Origin: an uncultured Eubacteriales bacterium
GTDB taxonomy: Bacteria > Bacillota > Clostridia > Christensenellales > CAG-314
Direction of reading: 5' to 3'
Length of the DNA stretch: 64,000 bases
Assembly: GCA_948938605.1 (NCBI GenBank)
Contig: CARAIG010000073.1
Span: 6,432 to 70,431, forward strand
Below are positions 18,060 through 27,304 of this stretch, piece by piece. Position 1 is the first letter of the stretch. Each line of letters opens with the position of its first letter. Below the pieces are notes generated by a model, which had not been told where the DNA came from, did not search any database, and saw only the letters and a program-made list of their open reading frames with translations. The position numbers and the translations under genes are program-made.

Positions 18060-18301
18060 AATACCTTGCCATAGCGTTATTAAAACTGTACAAAGCCACT
18101 TTATCCAAATGGAAAGGTGGCAAAACGTGTATTTATACGCCGAGTTGTTCGGTGTATTCGATGGAAGCGTATGCCGAATTCGGTTTTTTTAAGGGCAGTT
18201 GGTTGACGTTAAAAAGGCTGTGCAGATGTGCGCCTTGGGGCAAGGGCGGTTTTGATCCTGTGCCTGTAAATTTAAAAGGGCAAATGAAGTGGCACGTGTA
18301 G
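18056..18301 (+). CDS. yidD: Membrane protein insertion efficiency factor YidD
   Basis: C.YTPSCSVYSMEA...GFFKG..LTLKRLCRCAPWGKGGFDPVP. Overlaps rnpA by 4 nt. Confidence 0.9.
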   Translation: MKYLAIALLKLYKATLSKWKGGKTCIYTPSCSVYSMEAYAEFGFFKGSWLTLKRLCRCAPWGKGGFDPVPVNLKGQMKWHV

Positions 18302-18329
18302 TTGTGTTGATTACCGAAAAGGGGAAATA

Positions 18330-19640
18330 ATGAGAAAAAAAATAAGCGCTGCGCTTACGGTTGCGTTATTGGCAATGATATTGCTTACGACGCTTGTAAG
18401 CTGCAAAACATCTTCCGTAGACTACTTCGACTACGGTAAAGACAGCCTTGGCGTAGTAGGTAAACTTGTATTGCTTATGCACCAATGGATAGGTAATTAT
18501 GGTTGGACCGTAGTTGTCTTTACGTTGTTTTTAAAAATATTAATGCTGCCGTTAGATATTTGGCAGCGTTTTTCTGCACGTAAAAACGCACTTAAAATGC
18601 AACGTTTACAACCTATAATCGAAGGAATAGACAAACGTTACGGAGCAAACACTCAACGCGCCAACGACGAAAAGCAAAAACTTTACAAAAAGCAAGGATA
18701 CTCTATGTTGTCCACGTGCTTACCTATGATATTGTCTATGGTAATATTCTTTGTAATGTTCGGCGGATTGCGCGAATACTCCACGTACAGCACTATTATC
18801 ACTTTCCAAGATTTGTCTGCCGAATACTACAATGTTTTGGAACACGAGTTTACATTGGACGAAACCAGCGAAATATATAAAGTGTATACCGACGAGTATA
18901 AATCAAGGGAAACACAATATAAAAATTCCGCTTCGGATAAAGTTAAGGAATTGACCAAGTACGAGGACCTTGTAAAATTGTACTCTCAAATTCACGCGTC
19001 TAATGCGGCAATTAAGTTTGACTCCGCTGCTGCGGACGAAGCGCATAAACTGGCGATAGAACGCGTCCAATCAAAATATTTGGAAGAAAAAGAAAGTTGG
19101 TTGTGGATAAAGAACGTTTGGCAGCCCGACACATGGGAAACGGTAATGCCTGCTTATAATAAGGGGGCAAATGCTTTTTCTACGTCTATTAATATGACAA
19201 ACTTCCCTGACGGCAACGGTGAAGCGACATATAACCTAATCCGTTCGGCAATTTTGGAAGTTGACGGTTACGGCGCAAACGGTACTTGGAACGGTTTGAT
19301 GATTTTGCCTATTTTATCCATAGGTTTGTCATTCCTGTCTATGTGGCTGTCGCAATTTATGGAAAAACGCAGCCGCAAGGGCGAACAGCCTGTCGAAAAT
19401 ACTGCACAAAACGCACAGCAACAAGCGACAAACAAAATGATGATGATACTTATGCCGCTTATGATGGCTGTATTCGGATTTATGTATACGGGCGCATTTG
19501 CAATCTATATGGTATGCAACTATACGTTAAGCATAATTTCCACCGTAGCTATGCGTTTGCCTGTGGAAAAAATGGTAGAAAAGAGTCTTGCTAAAAGCGA
19601 AAAGAAGGAAAATAACGGCAAGGCAAGTTATATGAGGTAA
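18330..19640 (+). CDS. yidC: Membrane protein insertase YidC (lipoprotein type) with an enlarged loop
   Basis: Lipobox LVSC, conserved LPL..WQ, KLYKKQGYS, WLWIKNVWQPD and C-terminal TM helices. At 436 aa it is longer than typical Gram-positive YidC. Confidence 0.9.
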   Translation: MRKKISAALTVALLAMILLTTLVSCKTSSVDYFDYGKDSLGVVGKLVLLMHQWIGNYGWTVVVFTLFLKILMLPLDIWQRFSARKNALKMQRLQPIIEGIDKRYGANTQRANDEKQKLYKKQGYSMLSTCLPMILSMVIFFVMFGGLREYSTYSTIITFQDLSAEYYNVLEHEFTLDETSEIYKVYTDEYKSRETQYKNSASDKVKELTKYEDLVKLYSQIHASNAAIKFDSAAADEAHKLAIERVQSKYLEEKESWLWIKNVWQPDTWETVMPAYNKGANAFSTSINMTNFPDGNGEATYNLIRSAILEVDGYGANGTWNGLMILPILSIGLSFLSMWLSQFMEKRSRKGEQPVENTAQNAQQQATNKMMMILMPLMMAVFGFMYTGAFAIYMVCNYTLSIISTVAMRLPVEKMVEKSLAKSEKKENNGKASYMR

Positions 19641-19647
19641 TATCATA

Positions 19648-20211
19648 ATGAGCAATATACAACAAGCGGCGTCTTTAAATGATAACGTCGCGCATATTAA
19701 GGAATTTTTACACAATGTACTGGTTAAAATGGACATTGTCAATTGCGAAGTCGAAGTAAGCGAAAACGGCGACAGCGTTATTATGAATATCGTCGGCGAA
19801 GACGCGCCTAATGCTATCGGCTACCGCGGCGAAACGCTTGACGCATTGCAATACTTGTGCAACTTGCTGCTGGACGCATCCGAAAGCGGCTTTAAACGCG
19901 TATCTTTGGATGCGGAAAACTATCGCGCTAAACGTGAAAAGATTTTGCAGCGTTTGGCAAGTAACATCGAACAAAAAGTTAAACGTACGGGCAAGGAAGT
20001 AAGTCTTGAACCTATGAATCCGTATGAAAGACGTATAATACACACCGCTTTGCAATCGAGTAAATACGTAACCACCCAAAGCGACGGACAAGGAACGCGC
20101 CGTCACGTTGTAATTACTCCCGTTAATCAAAGTAATATACTTAATGCACCCAATGCACCGCGTAAGACTTTGAATTTTGTATACCGCAGCGAAAAGAAAA
20201 AACGTCGCTAA
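19648..20211 (+). CDS. jag: RNA-binding protein Jag/KhpB (KH plus R3H domains)
   Basis: GYRGETLDALQYL (KH) and EPMNPYERRIIHTAL (R3H). Conserved position after yidC. Confidence 0.85.
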   Translation: MSNIQQAASLNDNVAHIKEFLHNVLVKMDIVNCEVEVSENGDSVIMNIVGEDAPNAIGYRGETLDALQYLCNLLLDASESGFKRVSLDAENYRAKREKILQRLASNIEQKVKRTGKEVSLEPMNPYERRIIHTALQSSKYVTTQSDGQGTRRHVVITPVNQSNILNAPNAPRKTLNFVYRSEKKKRR

Positions 20212-20800
20212 GCCCGTATAAACTTCGCATACTGCGTTAAACGTCGGACGGTTGCTTCGGTCACGTATGTCTTTGTACGCTCCCGCACCACAATGATGCC
20301 AATTGCACACAATCTACGCTTGTGCGTAATTGCAGTTTGCTAGTCCCGCATTGTGCCCGTATAAAATCACGTCTGCGTTGGATTACGTTTTGCCTAGGTC
20401 GTGTATGTCTACTACACTCCCGTCGGCAAATCCGCGCCCGCCTAGCATCTACCCCTTTCTACTGGCTTAAGATTGGATACCAATGTCCTTAGCCGAGCAA
20501 CGCAGTTGCGAACGCCACGAGCGAATGCGAGTATTGCGAGCGAAGCGAAGCAATCCGGAATTTAACTAAACTCAACATTAATTACGTATTATAACCATTT
20601 CGATCAACTTTGTACTATGTCATGTCGAGCGTAGTTTCGCCAAAGGACGGAGAATGTTGCGAGACATCTAGACGAGTAATACGAGTCGCATTATATAAAA
20701 ACCAACTATAAATAATCAATTACTCGTAGGTTGGGCAGAACCTTGCCCGCCGTAAAATTAAACTAAACGTAACCGCAATTACGCATTAAACTGCATTACG
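20212..20800. repeat. Family-A mosaic intergenic element, copy 2
   Basis: Its shared 5' module begins with the jag stop codon itself (cgcTAAgcccgtataaac). An internal second gcccgtataaaa unit lies near 20349. It shares blocks with 2512-3060, 9450-9485 and 31126-31270. Confidence 0.65.
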
Positions 20801-20848
20801 AATTGATAAAACAACATTGTCCTAATCGATTAAATACACAAATGAATG

Positions 20849-20877
20849 TAGCCCGCTATATCGATATAGCAGGGCTA
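20849..20877. other. Strong palindrome/hairpin containing a perfect 16-bp palindrome, GCTATATCGATATAGC
   Basis: tagccc-gctatatcgatatagc-a-gggcta. The perfect palindrome spans 20855-20870, about 110 bp upstream of the CotH-like gene. Confidence 0.5.
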
Positions 20878-20984
20878 ATATTTTCCCAACTGCAAAAGTA
20901 ATAAATGAGTTGCTTGTTATATTAACATAATTATCAGTTGCGGAATAATGTCCCAAAATATAAATTGTTCAAGGATGTAATTGT

Positions 20985-22688
20985 ATGAGAAAAATTGTAA
21001 TAATTGTACTATTTGCTGTAATGCTTGTAGCATTAACCGCGTGTATTCCTGTTGCGCCGCCATCCGATACCGACAGCGACGTCGTTATTACTTTTTCGAC
21101 GGAACAAGGTGCATTTGCAAACGGTGAAACGTCAAAAAAAGTCAAATCCGACGTTAACGGTAAGGTAGCAATCAACGACGAACCGCGTTTGGACGGATAT
21201 GCTTTTAGCGGTTGGTATAACGGACAGGATAAGTTCGATTCTTCCGCAAAGTATACAAAAAGTCAAACCTTTACCGCCAAGTATGTTTCGGGAGCGGAAA
21301 ACGGCGTATACGAAGCGCTGTTTAGCGAAAGCGCACAAGTAAAGGTGGACATAAATATGTCCGACGCGCAGTGGAAAAAATTAAATCAAGACTATTTGGA
21401 TTTTAGCGCAATCGGGGGCAAATCGCCCATATACCGTATGGCGGACAGTGTTACTATCGCCATAGACGACGGAAACGGTTACTTGCACTACTACTACGAA
21501 GAAGTCGGCGTGCGTATGAAAGGTAACACTTCGCGTCACGCATTTTACGGTGACGACGGTTTTACAAGTACGGTTCACTTTAAACTGTCCTTTAAGGAAA
21601 CGTTTGACGACGTTGACGACGGCTATAAGCAAGACGAACTAAAAGTGTGGACGGATGATTCCAAACGCGACGAACGTAAAGATAGGACGTTTGGCGGAAT
21701 GGAAAAGATAGATTTAAAATACAACTCCACTGCCGACGAAACTTACGTTCGCGAGATGTACGCAATGAAGCTGTTCCGCGACAACGGCATATACGCACCG
21801 CACATTACATTGTGTGCTCTTACCGCATTGGAAAAGGACGCAACAACTAAAAACTTAGGAGTGTACCGCATACACGAACCGATTGACGAAGTGTTTATTG
21901 CCCGTAATTTGGGCGAACAAAAAGTGGGCGATTTGTGGAAATGCACGTATTCGTCAAAAGGACCTGCCGACTTAACCAACTACGACTTGGAAAACCGCGT
22001 CGGTGTTGAAGACGAACTTAAAAACAAGTTTTACAGTTACGACAAAAAGACAAACAAAAAGAAAGATAAAGTTACGGGTTTGCGAGACCTTTCCTCCATT
22101 AAAAACTTTATAACTGCAATTAACGGAAGTAACCCCGACTTCGAAAATCTGTTAGACATAAACTACTTTGCCAAGTTCGAAGCAATCAATTACATTTTGG
22201 GTAATCCCGATTGCATACGCAACAACTACAACAATTACTACTTGTATTTCCGCGCCGACGGCAAGGCGATAATAATACCTTACGATTATGACAGATGTTT
22301 GGGTATTACAAAGGATTGGAACCCGACGGGTAGCGCAAATATGTATGTTACGCCTTATACGCGCACCGTTGCGGCAACCGGAGGCGGACAAAACAATCCG
22401 CTTTACGTAAAGCTTATAGACAAGGGCGCGCCCACAGATGACGGCTCGGCGCTTATGCGTTTCCGTCAAAATTTAATTACAATGTCCAATGCGCCAATGG
22501 TGACGGTTCAAGCGTTTAATGCGTACGCTAACGGCTTTAAAGACCGTTACTCGACATTTACCGCAAACGCAATAAGCGTAAACGGTTTGCAGTTCGGTGC
22601 GACCGACACAGGCAACGTTGCATACGCAACATACATTCAAACCAAGCTTAAAACGTTAAACGACAACATCGACAACTACAATCCGTAA
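20985..22688 (+). CDS. CotH-family (atypical kinase-like) lipoprotein with an N-terminal Listeria-Bacteroides-type repeat
   Basis: Lipobox LTAC, GYAFSGWYNGQDKF repeat, and CotH-like blocks VRMKGNTSR, YVREMYAMKLFRDNGIYAP, NNYYLYF...IIPYDYDRCLG. Confidence 0.8.
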   Translation: MRKIVIIVLFAVMLVALTACIPVAPPSDTDSDVVITFSTEQGAFANGETSKKVKSDVNGKVAINDEPRLDGYAFSGWYNGQDKFDSSAKYTKSQTFTAKYVSGAENGVYEALFSESAQVKVDINMSDAQWKKLNQDYLDFSAIGGKSPIYRMADSVTIAIDDGNGYLHYYYEEVGVRMKGNTSRHAFYGDDGFTSTVHFKLSFKETFDDVDDGYKQDELKVWTDDSKRDERKDRTFGGMEKIDLKYNSTADETYVREMYAMKLFRDNGIYAPHITLCALTALEKDATTKNLGVYRIHEPIDEVFIARNLGEQKVGDLWKCTYSSKGPADLTNYDLENRVGVEDELKNKFYSYDKKTNKKKDKVTGLRDLSSIKNFITAINGSNPDFENLLDINYFAKFEAINYILGNPDCIRNNYNNYYLYFRADGKAIIIPYDYDRCLGITKDWNPTGSANMYVTPYTRTVAATGGGQNNPLYVKLIDKGAPTDDGSALMRFRQNLITMSNAPMVTVQAFNAYANGFKDRYSTFTANAISVNGLQFGATDTGNVAYATYIQTKLKTLNDNIDNYNP

Positions 22689-22721
22689 AATTACTGTAAA
22701 AAAAACAAAGGAGAATACATT

Positions 22722-23336
22722 GTGAACTATTTAGATGTAATATTGCCCGCGATAACAACAGTATTGATAGGCGTTTTGGTTCCTTTAATAATGGAGCGGA
22801 TAACGGATTCGCAACAAAAAGCAGAGAAGAAAGCGTCTAAAACCAAATGTATCGGTTACAGTCGTTCGGACAATATTGCAATGTCTGTTATGACGGGGTT
22901 CTCGGTATTGTTAGTTGCGGCGGCATTAGCGTGCATGATACTTTGTATAAAGTATCCCGAAAAATTTGAAGCAACGGCCAAAGAAATCTATATGTTTGCA
23001 GGGTTGTTTGTGTTGTGTTTTGCTTTTGCTATCTTTACAATTGTTTGGACGATATCGTTTACGCGTAAAATTTGTTATAACGAAACGTATATAACGGATA
23101 TTAGACCGTTTGCCCAAAAGAAAAAATATCTCTATTCGGATATTACAAGCGTAGGTAACAGTATTGTGATGATGTATGGACCGTTCCCTACACGTAAAGG
23201 CAAGTTAACGATTTTCTTTGACGACAAATGCCTTAAAATACCTGCGCGAATGTTCGGTGTAAGCGAGTTTTTAGAAAACCTGCGCAAGCAACGCCCCGAT
23301 TTGGAAATACCTTACTGTACGGTTGTCAATTCTTAA
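22722..23336 (+). CDS. Hypothetical membrane protein (about 4 TM helices)
   Basis: AGGAG RBS plus a GTG start and hydrophobic segments. No recognisable family. Confidence 0.6.
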   Translation: MNYLDVILPAITTVLIGVLVPLIMERITDSQQKAEKKASKTKCIGYSRSDNIAMSVMTGFSVLLVAAALACMILCIKYPEKFEATAKEIYMFAGLFVLCFAFAIFTIVWTISFTRKICYNETYITDIRPFAQKKKYLYSDITSVGNSIVMMYGPFPTRKGKLTIFFDDKCLKIPARMFGVSEFLENLRKQRPDLEIPYCTVVNS

Positions 23337-23396
23337 AAAATAATTAAACTTTTCCTTAGTTGCAAAAAAACATTAGCGCATTTAAACAACTATAAA

Positions 23397-23433
23397 AAGC
23401 GGATGAGATTGTAATAATCTCGTCCGCTTTTTG
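23397..23433 (+). terminator. Intrinsic terminator
   Basis: aagcggatgagatt / aatctcgtccgctt stem followed by TTTTT. Confidence 0.8.
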
Positions 23434-23540
23434 TCTAATAAGCACTTGTATTAATAATTTAACAATCCAACTTTGCCTTACTTTTTAATTGTAATTTGAT
23501 TTATATAGTAAAAACGATTTCGATGTGTTTTACAAAAAAG

Positions 23541-24080
23541 TTAGCGGGAACACATTATTTTTCTGTGTGCTTTTAATTTTTTTAATGCCCATTCGTAGTG
23601 CGCTATTGTCGTTGAAATAAAATACTGTCCTAATGTGCTGCCGCCTACCCAAGGAAAAATGTTTTTATTGAATAATTGTTGTGTATCGTATTTTTGTATT
23701 AACGCCATTATGTCGTTATGCGATTGCTCTAAAAGCATCTTTGCTTCTTTAAGCGATATATTTTGCGCCCTTTCAAAAAATACAATATTCATATCGCCGT
23801 AATTTGCCCACGAAAACCCGTCCATTAAAAACTGTCGTTGATTTCCTTGTTCGTTTTCCGACACCCAATGTAACATTAACTGTTGCCATTCGTACAAATG
23901 CATTAAGACGTCTCGTAAATTTTTGTCTCTTTTCCAATGAGCTTCGCTTTTGTTAAGAGTTGAAAAATCAAACTCGGTATTAAGTTCCTGTTCCGTCAAT
24001 GACGAAATAAAGTCGAAAAGGTTATTATATCCCTTTGCGCTTTCTGTAATTAAGTCTTCTTTTGTTCTCGGTCTTGCCAT
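23541..24080 (-). CDS. ClbS/DfsB-family four-helix-bundle protein (DUF1706)
   Basis: MARPRTKEDL...KNLRDVLMHLYEWQQLMLHWV...YGDMN...STLGQYFISTTIAHYEWALKKLKAH matches the ClbS/DfsB family pattern as I recall it. AGGAG RBS present. Confidence 0.7.
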   Translation of the reverse strand: MARPRTKEDLITESAKGYNNLFDFISSLTEQELNTEFDFSTLNKSEAHWKRDKNLRDVLMHLYEWQQLMLHWVSENEQGNQRQFLMDGFSWANYGDMNIVFFERAQNISLKEAKMLLEQSHNDIMALIQKYDTQQLFNKNIFPWVGGSTLGQYFISTTIAHYEWALKKLKAHRKIMCSR

Positions 24081-24102
24081 TGTCTTTCTCCTAAATTGAA
24101 AT

Positions 24103-24585
24103 TTATTTGTTTATTGTTTCGATGATACAACCGTTGCGCTTGTAATAATCTAGCATTTCGGGCAGTTTTGTTTTGTCGTAACTTGTAATACAATCCGAAA
24201 GGACGTGTACAATATAGCCGTTTTTCGCCATATTGTAGCAAGTGGATTTTACGCAAGCAACGGCGTCTGCTCCCGCGATGTAAAATTCTTCAATTCCGTT
24301 TTTGTTAATAAAATCGGTAAAGGCTTCGCTTGTTAATGCGTTACCTTTGCTTTTAACAAATATATTGTCGGAAACGATTTTCATATCGGGGACTAATTCC
24401 GCACCGCGAGTATCGGGTTTGAATGTTCGGGTCCCTTCCGATAAGTTATTGTGCTTAATATAGACGACGTGTATATTGTTTTCAACTGCCCGCTCGATAG
24501 CGTCATTTATATTGCCGATAATTTCTTTGTAGTTTTTAGTGATGTCGTTTTGAATATCTATAACGACTAATGCTTTGTTTTTCAT
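24103..24585 (-). CDS. Isochorismatase-family cysteine hydrolase
   Basis: KALVVIDIQND...K...IAGADAVACV catalytic D/K/C pattern. AGGAG RBS lies 7 nt before the ATG at 24585. Confidence 0.8.
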   Translation of the reverse strand: MKNKALVVIDIQNDITKNYKEIIGNINDAIERAVENNIHVVYIKHNNLSEGTRTFKPDTRGAELVPDMKIVSDNIFVKSKGNALTSEAFTDFINKNGIEEFYIAGADAVACVKSTCYNMAKNGYIVHVLSDCITSYDKTKLPEMLDYYKRNGCIIETINK

Positions 24586-24611
24586 TAGCAAACTCCTGGT
24601 TAATTTTTAAA

Positions 24612-25298
24612 TTAATTTGCTTTTGTATTGTCGTCTTTCGATTCGTTTAAAACTATCGGAGCAATGTCGAATTTTTCCGCGTCGCTTTTGGGTATGTATA
24701 ACCATTGTTCGGGGCCCGTATCGCGCATTAGAGTATTGCAATGTTTAAACTTTGTAACGTACATCAACGTCCAATGAAGATCGCCCACGCAACCGCCCAA
24801 ATGTATAGCGAAAACTGCTCCTGCAAGTATTCCGTAAAGCGGGGATACAAACCATAAGCCTACTGTTAGTCCAGCAAAAATTAACGTGAATACGACAAAC
24901 GGCATTATAAGCGCAGCGATAGACGCTTTTTTACGAACATAAATGTTCGGCACTCCGCAAAAGGCAACGGTAAGCGTTAGTCCGAACGTAAGTTTACCAC
25001 CCGTAAAACATTTGTACGTTATGCCGTGCGTAAGCTCGTGCAGGACAGTGTACAAAAACAACGTAGCAGCCGTAACTAATATTGCGATCATGCCGTTACC
25101 GTAGTTATGTTCGTCTAAAAAATTGTAACCGCTACACTCGACTGCAATAACAAAAAGTATAGGCAGTATCACGATTAGCGGAACAAAAGACAACAACGTG
25201 TAAATTGCAATTTGCTTTTTGTCGCTTTTGGCGTCGACGTGTTTTACAAGCACGTAATCTTCGGGGATTGAATTTTCGTAGTGTTTAGTTTTGTCCAT
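24612..25298 (-). CDS. DUF3267-like membrane zincin (HExxH) protein
   Basis: LHELTHG motif embedded in a polytopic membrane protein. AGGAG RBS present. Confidence 0.7.
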   Translation of the reverse strand: MDKTKHYENSIPEDYVLVKHVDAKSDKKQIAIYTLLSFVPLIVILPILFVIAVECSGYNFLDEHNYGNGMIAILVTAATLFLYTVLHELTHGITYKCFTGGKLTFGLTLTVAFCGVPNIYVRKKASIAALIMPFVVFTLIFAGLTVGLWFVSPLYGILAGAVFAIHLGGCVGDLHWTLMYVTKFKHCNTLMRDTGPEQWLYIPKSDAEKFDIAPIVLNESKDDNTKAN

Positions 25299-25418
25299 TG
25301 TTTTGCTCCTTAAAGTTTTGTCGGGTTATTTGTAAAACCGTTTGACTTTATAATAACATATGTAATTAAGTTTAACTGCACTTAACTACGACTAACTACG
25401 TTTAACAAGCGTTATTAG

Positions 25419-25475
25419 ATCGTATCACGCAACAAAGTAATTGTTTGTTTAAAATTATATTCGTGTACGATAATA
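25419..25475 (+). repeat. C-element, copy 2
   Basis: atcgtatcacgcaacaaagtaattgtttgtttaaaattatattcgtgtacgata. See 10020-10075. Confidence 0.7.
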
Positions 25476-25501
25476 TATAATTTGTTTTAATTAATTACAA
25501 A

Positions 25502-26032
25502 CTAGTTTTGCATTATTTTGTTTATTAATGTATCTGTTTCGGGGTAGTCTTTGTCAATCAAAAAGTAGTTGCACGAATGCTCTTTGCAACCTTGAAAAAC
25601 CGCTTTATTGTCTTTAATCAAGTCTTCCTTCGTAGGCGGTTGCCCCACTCGGTTTTCGATGCAATTAGCATAAGCGGATATATCTAGATAATGGCTTTCA
25701 ATATAGTTTTCGCTCATTACAATAAAAAGGCACTTTATGTTTTTTAAATAGCCGTCGTCAAAATATTTATTCCAGTCAAAAGGAATATAGCAACCTTCTA
25801 TTACAAGGTTTTGTTCGTTTTCGATTGCTGTTTTAATTATCTCTTTTACGATATCCCACAAGTAAGCCAACAAAAGTTCGTCGTCGTAAACAGTTAATTT
25901 TGTTTGACCGCTGCGGATAAGCCCCATTTTTAAATGGTCGATAGATAAATAAGGATATTTATACTTTTTTAATATTTCTTGCGCCAATGCTGTTTTCCCT
26001 GTATGGGAAGCGCCTGATAATAGAATAACCAT
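25502..26032 (-). CDS. P-loop NTPase/kinase-like protein (2-phosphoglycerate-kinase/AAA_33-like)
   Basis: MVILLSGASHTGKTALA Walker A. No clear SD. Confidence 0.65.
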   Translation of the reverse strand: MVILLSGASHTGKTALAQEILKKYKYPYLSIDHLKMGLIRSGQTKLTVYDDELLLAYLWDIVKEIIKTAIENEQNLVIEGCYIPFDWNKYFDDGYLKNIKCLFIVMSENYIESHYLDISAYANCIENRVGQPPTKEDLIKDNKAVFQGCKEHSCNYFLIDKDYPETDTLINKIMQN

Positions 26033-26193
26033 AATTTTAAATTGCGACCTTGACGGTTGTTATATTGTTTAATTTTTATTTTGAGTTGTGTTACTATTGC
26101 TTGACGGCTGTTTGTAGCAACTAAATTTAGTTTTACAAATGAACGGTACGGCTTTGTTTGACATAGTCGCTTTACTTGCATATAAACTGCCAA

Positions 26194-26257
26194 GTGGTTA
26201 AAATAGACGTTTAAACAGAATTTTTGTGTTTAAATGAGTTGACGTCCGTTAGAATGC
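26194..26257 (+). repeat. B-element, copy 4
   Basis: gtggttaaaatagacgtttaaacagaatttttgtgtttaaatgagttgacgtccgttagaatgc. Confidence 0.65.
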
Positions 26258-26335
26258 GGGCAGTAAAGACGTTTGTTGATATTGATACCTGTTATCCGTA
26301 TGGCGACAAAACAGCGAATTGCCTGTTTAAAATTT

Positions 26336-27016
26336 TTATAACGGTTGTTTGCGGGGCTTGTTTTGTCCGCGTGGATACTTTGCAGGCGTGTGTGCCGTTT
26401 TGCGGAATACCAACAAACAACGGTTACTGCTGTCGGGCAAAACGAACTTGTAATCTTTTTCGAATTGCAGTCCTAGCAGTTTGCAAGCGTTGGCGGATGT
26501 TTCCAGTTCGCTTTCGTCCGTTTTGTAGGCAAGGACGATTCCACCTACTTTTACTATTTGCGCTACGTATTCCAACAATATGGGCAAAGGGGCGACTGCG
26601 CGCGCGGTTGCAACGTCAAACTGCTCGCTGTGCGTTTTTGCAAAGTCTTCGGCACGGTCGTGGTAAAAGGTTGCTTCGATTTGTAATTTGTCGCACAACG
26701 TTTTTGTAAAGTTTATGCGTTTTTCCAAACTGTCCACAAGGGTGACGTTTATGTCCGGACGGGCAATTTTAAGGGGCAGTGACGGAAAACCTGCGCCGCT
26801 GCCTACGTCGCACAGAGTTGCGTTTTGCGCTACTGCGACGCTGCCCAAAACGCTGTCGGCAAAGTGTTTGATGTACACATCGTTCTGCTCGGTTATAGCG
26901 GTTAAATTGTATTTGGAATTTTCTTCAAGCAAAAAATCGCAGTAAGTTTTAAACTGCGTTAACATTGTGTCTTTAAGGGCTATGCCCGTTTGTTCGCGTA
27001 AGTAATTTGTAATCAT
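26336..27016 (-). CDS. rsmG: 16S rRNA (guanine527-N7)-methyltransferase RsmG
   Basis: YNLTAI...DVGSGAGFPSLPLKI SAM motif. Conserved neighbour of mnmG. Confidence 0.9.
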   Translation of the reverse strand: MITNYLREQTGIALKDTMLTQFKTYCDFLLEENSKYNLTAITEQNDVYIKHFADSVLGSVAVAQNATLCDVGSGAGFPSLPLKIARPDINVTLVDSLEKRINFTKTLCDKLQIEATFYHDRAEDFAKTHSEQFDVATARAVAPLPILLEYVAQIVKVGGIVLAYKTDESELETSANACKLLGLQFEKDYKFVLPDSSNRCLLVFRKTAHTPAKYPRGQNKPRKQPL

Positions 27017-27220
27017 TTTTTTATATTATGTGAAATATTTTAACCGTATTTATTTGTTGTACTTGTTATTCGGTGTTTTTGTATTTTTTGATATTTTTTT
27101 ATGACGTGACGGAGCTCGGACAAATGCCGCAAAAAAACGCAGTTTAGCGAACCGTATCGCGCAACTTTACAAAATACAATTTTTTGCGACTAATATTTAT
27201 GTAATTACAACACAATAAGT

Positions 27221-27260
27221 TGTGTACAAGTAAAGTCGTTTAAAGGCTTAACTTGTGCAT
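27221..27260. repeat. H-element hairpin repeat, copy 5
   Basis: tgtgtacaagtaaagtcgtttaaaggcttaacttgtgcat, 45 nt beyond the mnmG stop. Confidence 0.6.
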
Positions 27261-27304
27261 ATTTCTTTGTTGCAATGCGTTGTTAATAGGGTGCAAAACA
27301 AATT

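Noticed and set aside
19102-19110. Perfect DnaA box TGTGGATAA inside yidC. Also TTTTCCACA at 8486-8494, and the GTGGTTAA core of the B-elements as possible divergent DnaA boxes, or oriC in the AT-rich tracts at 35.2-38.5 kb.
   Set aside because: These are isolated single matches. The B-element core differs from TTATCCACA at two conserved positions, and the copies are dispersed rather than clustered. I could not find a cluster of boxes next to an AT-rich unwinding element anywhere in the window by eye. The oriC position remains undetermined and needs a PWM/GC-skew computation.
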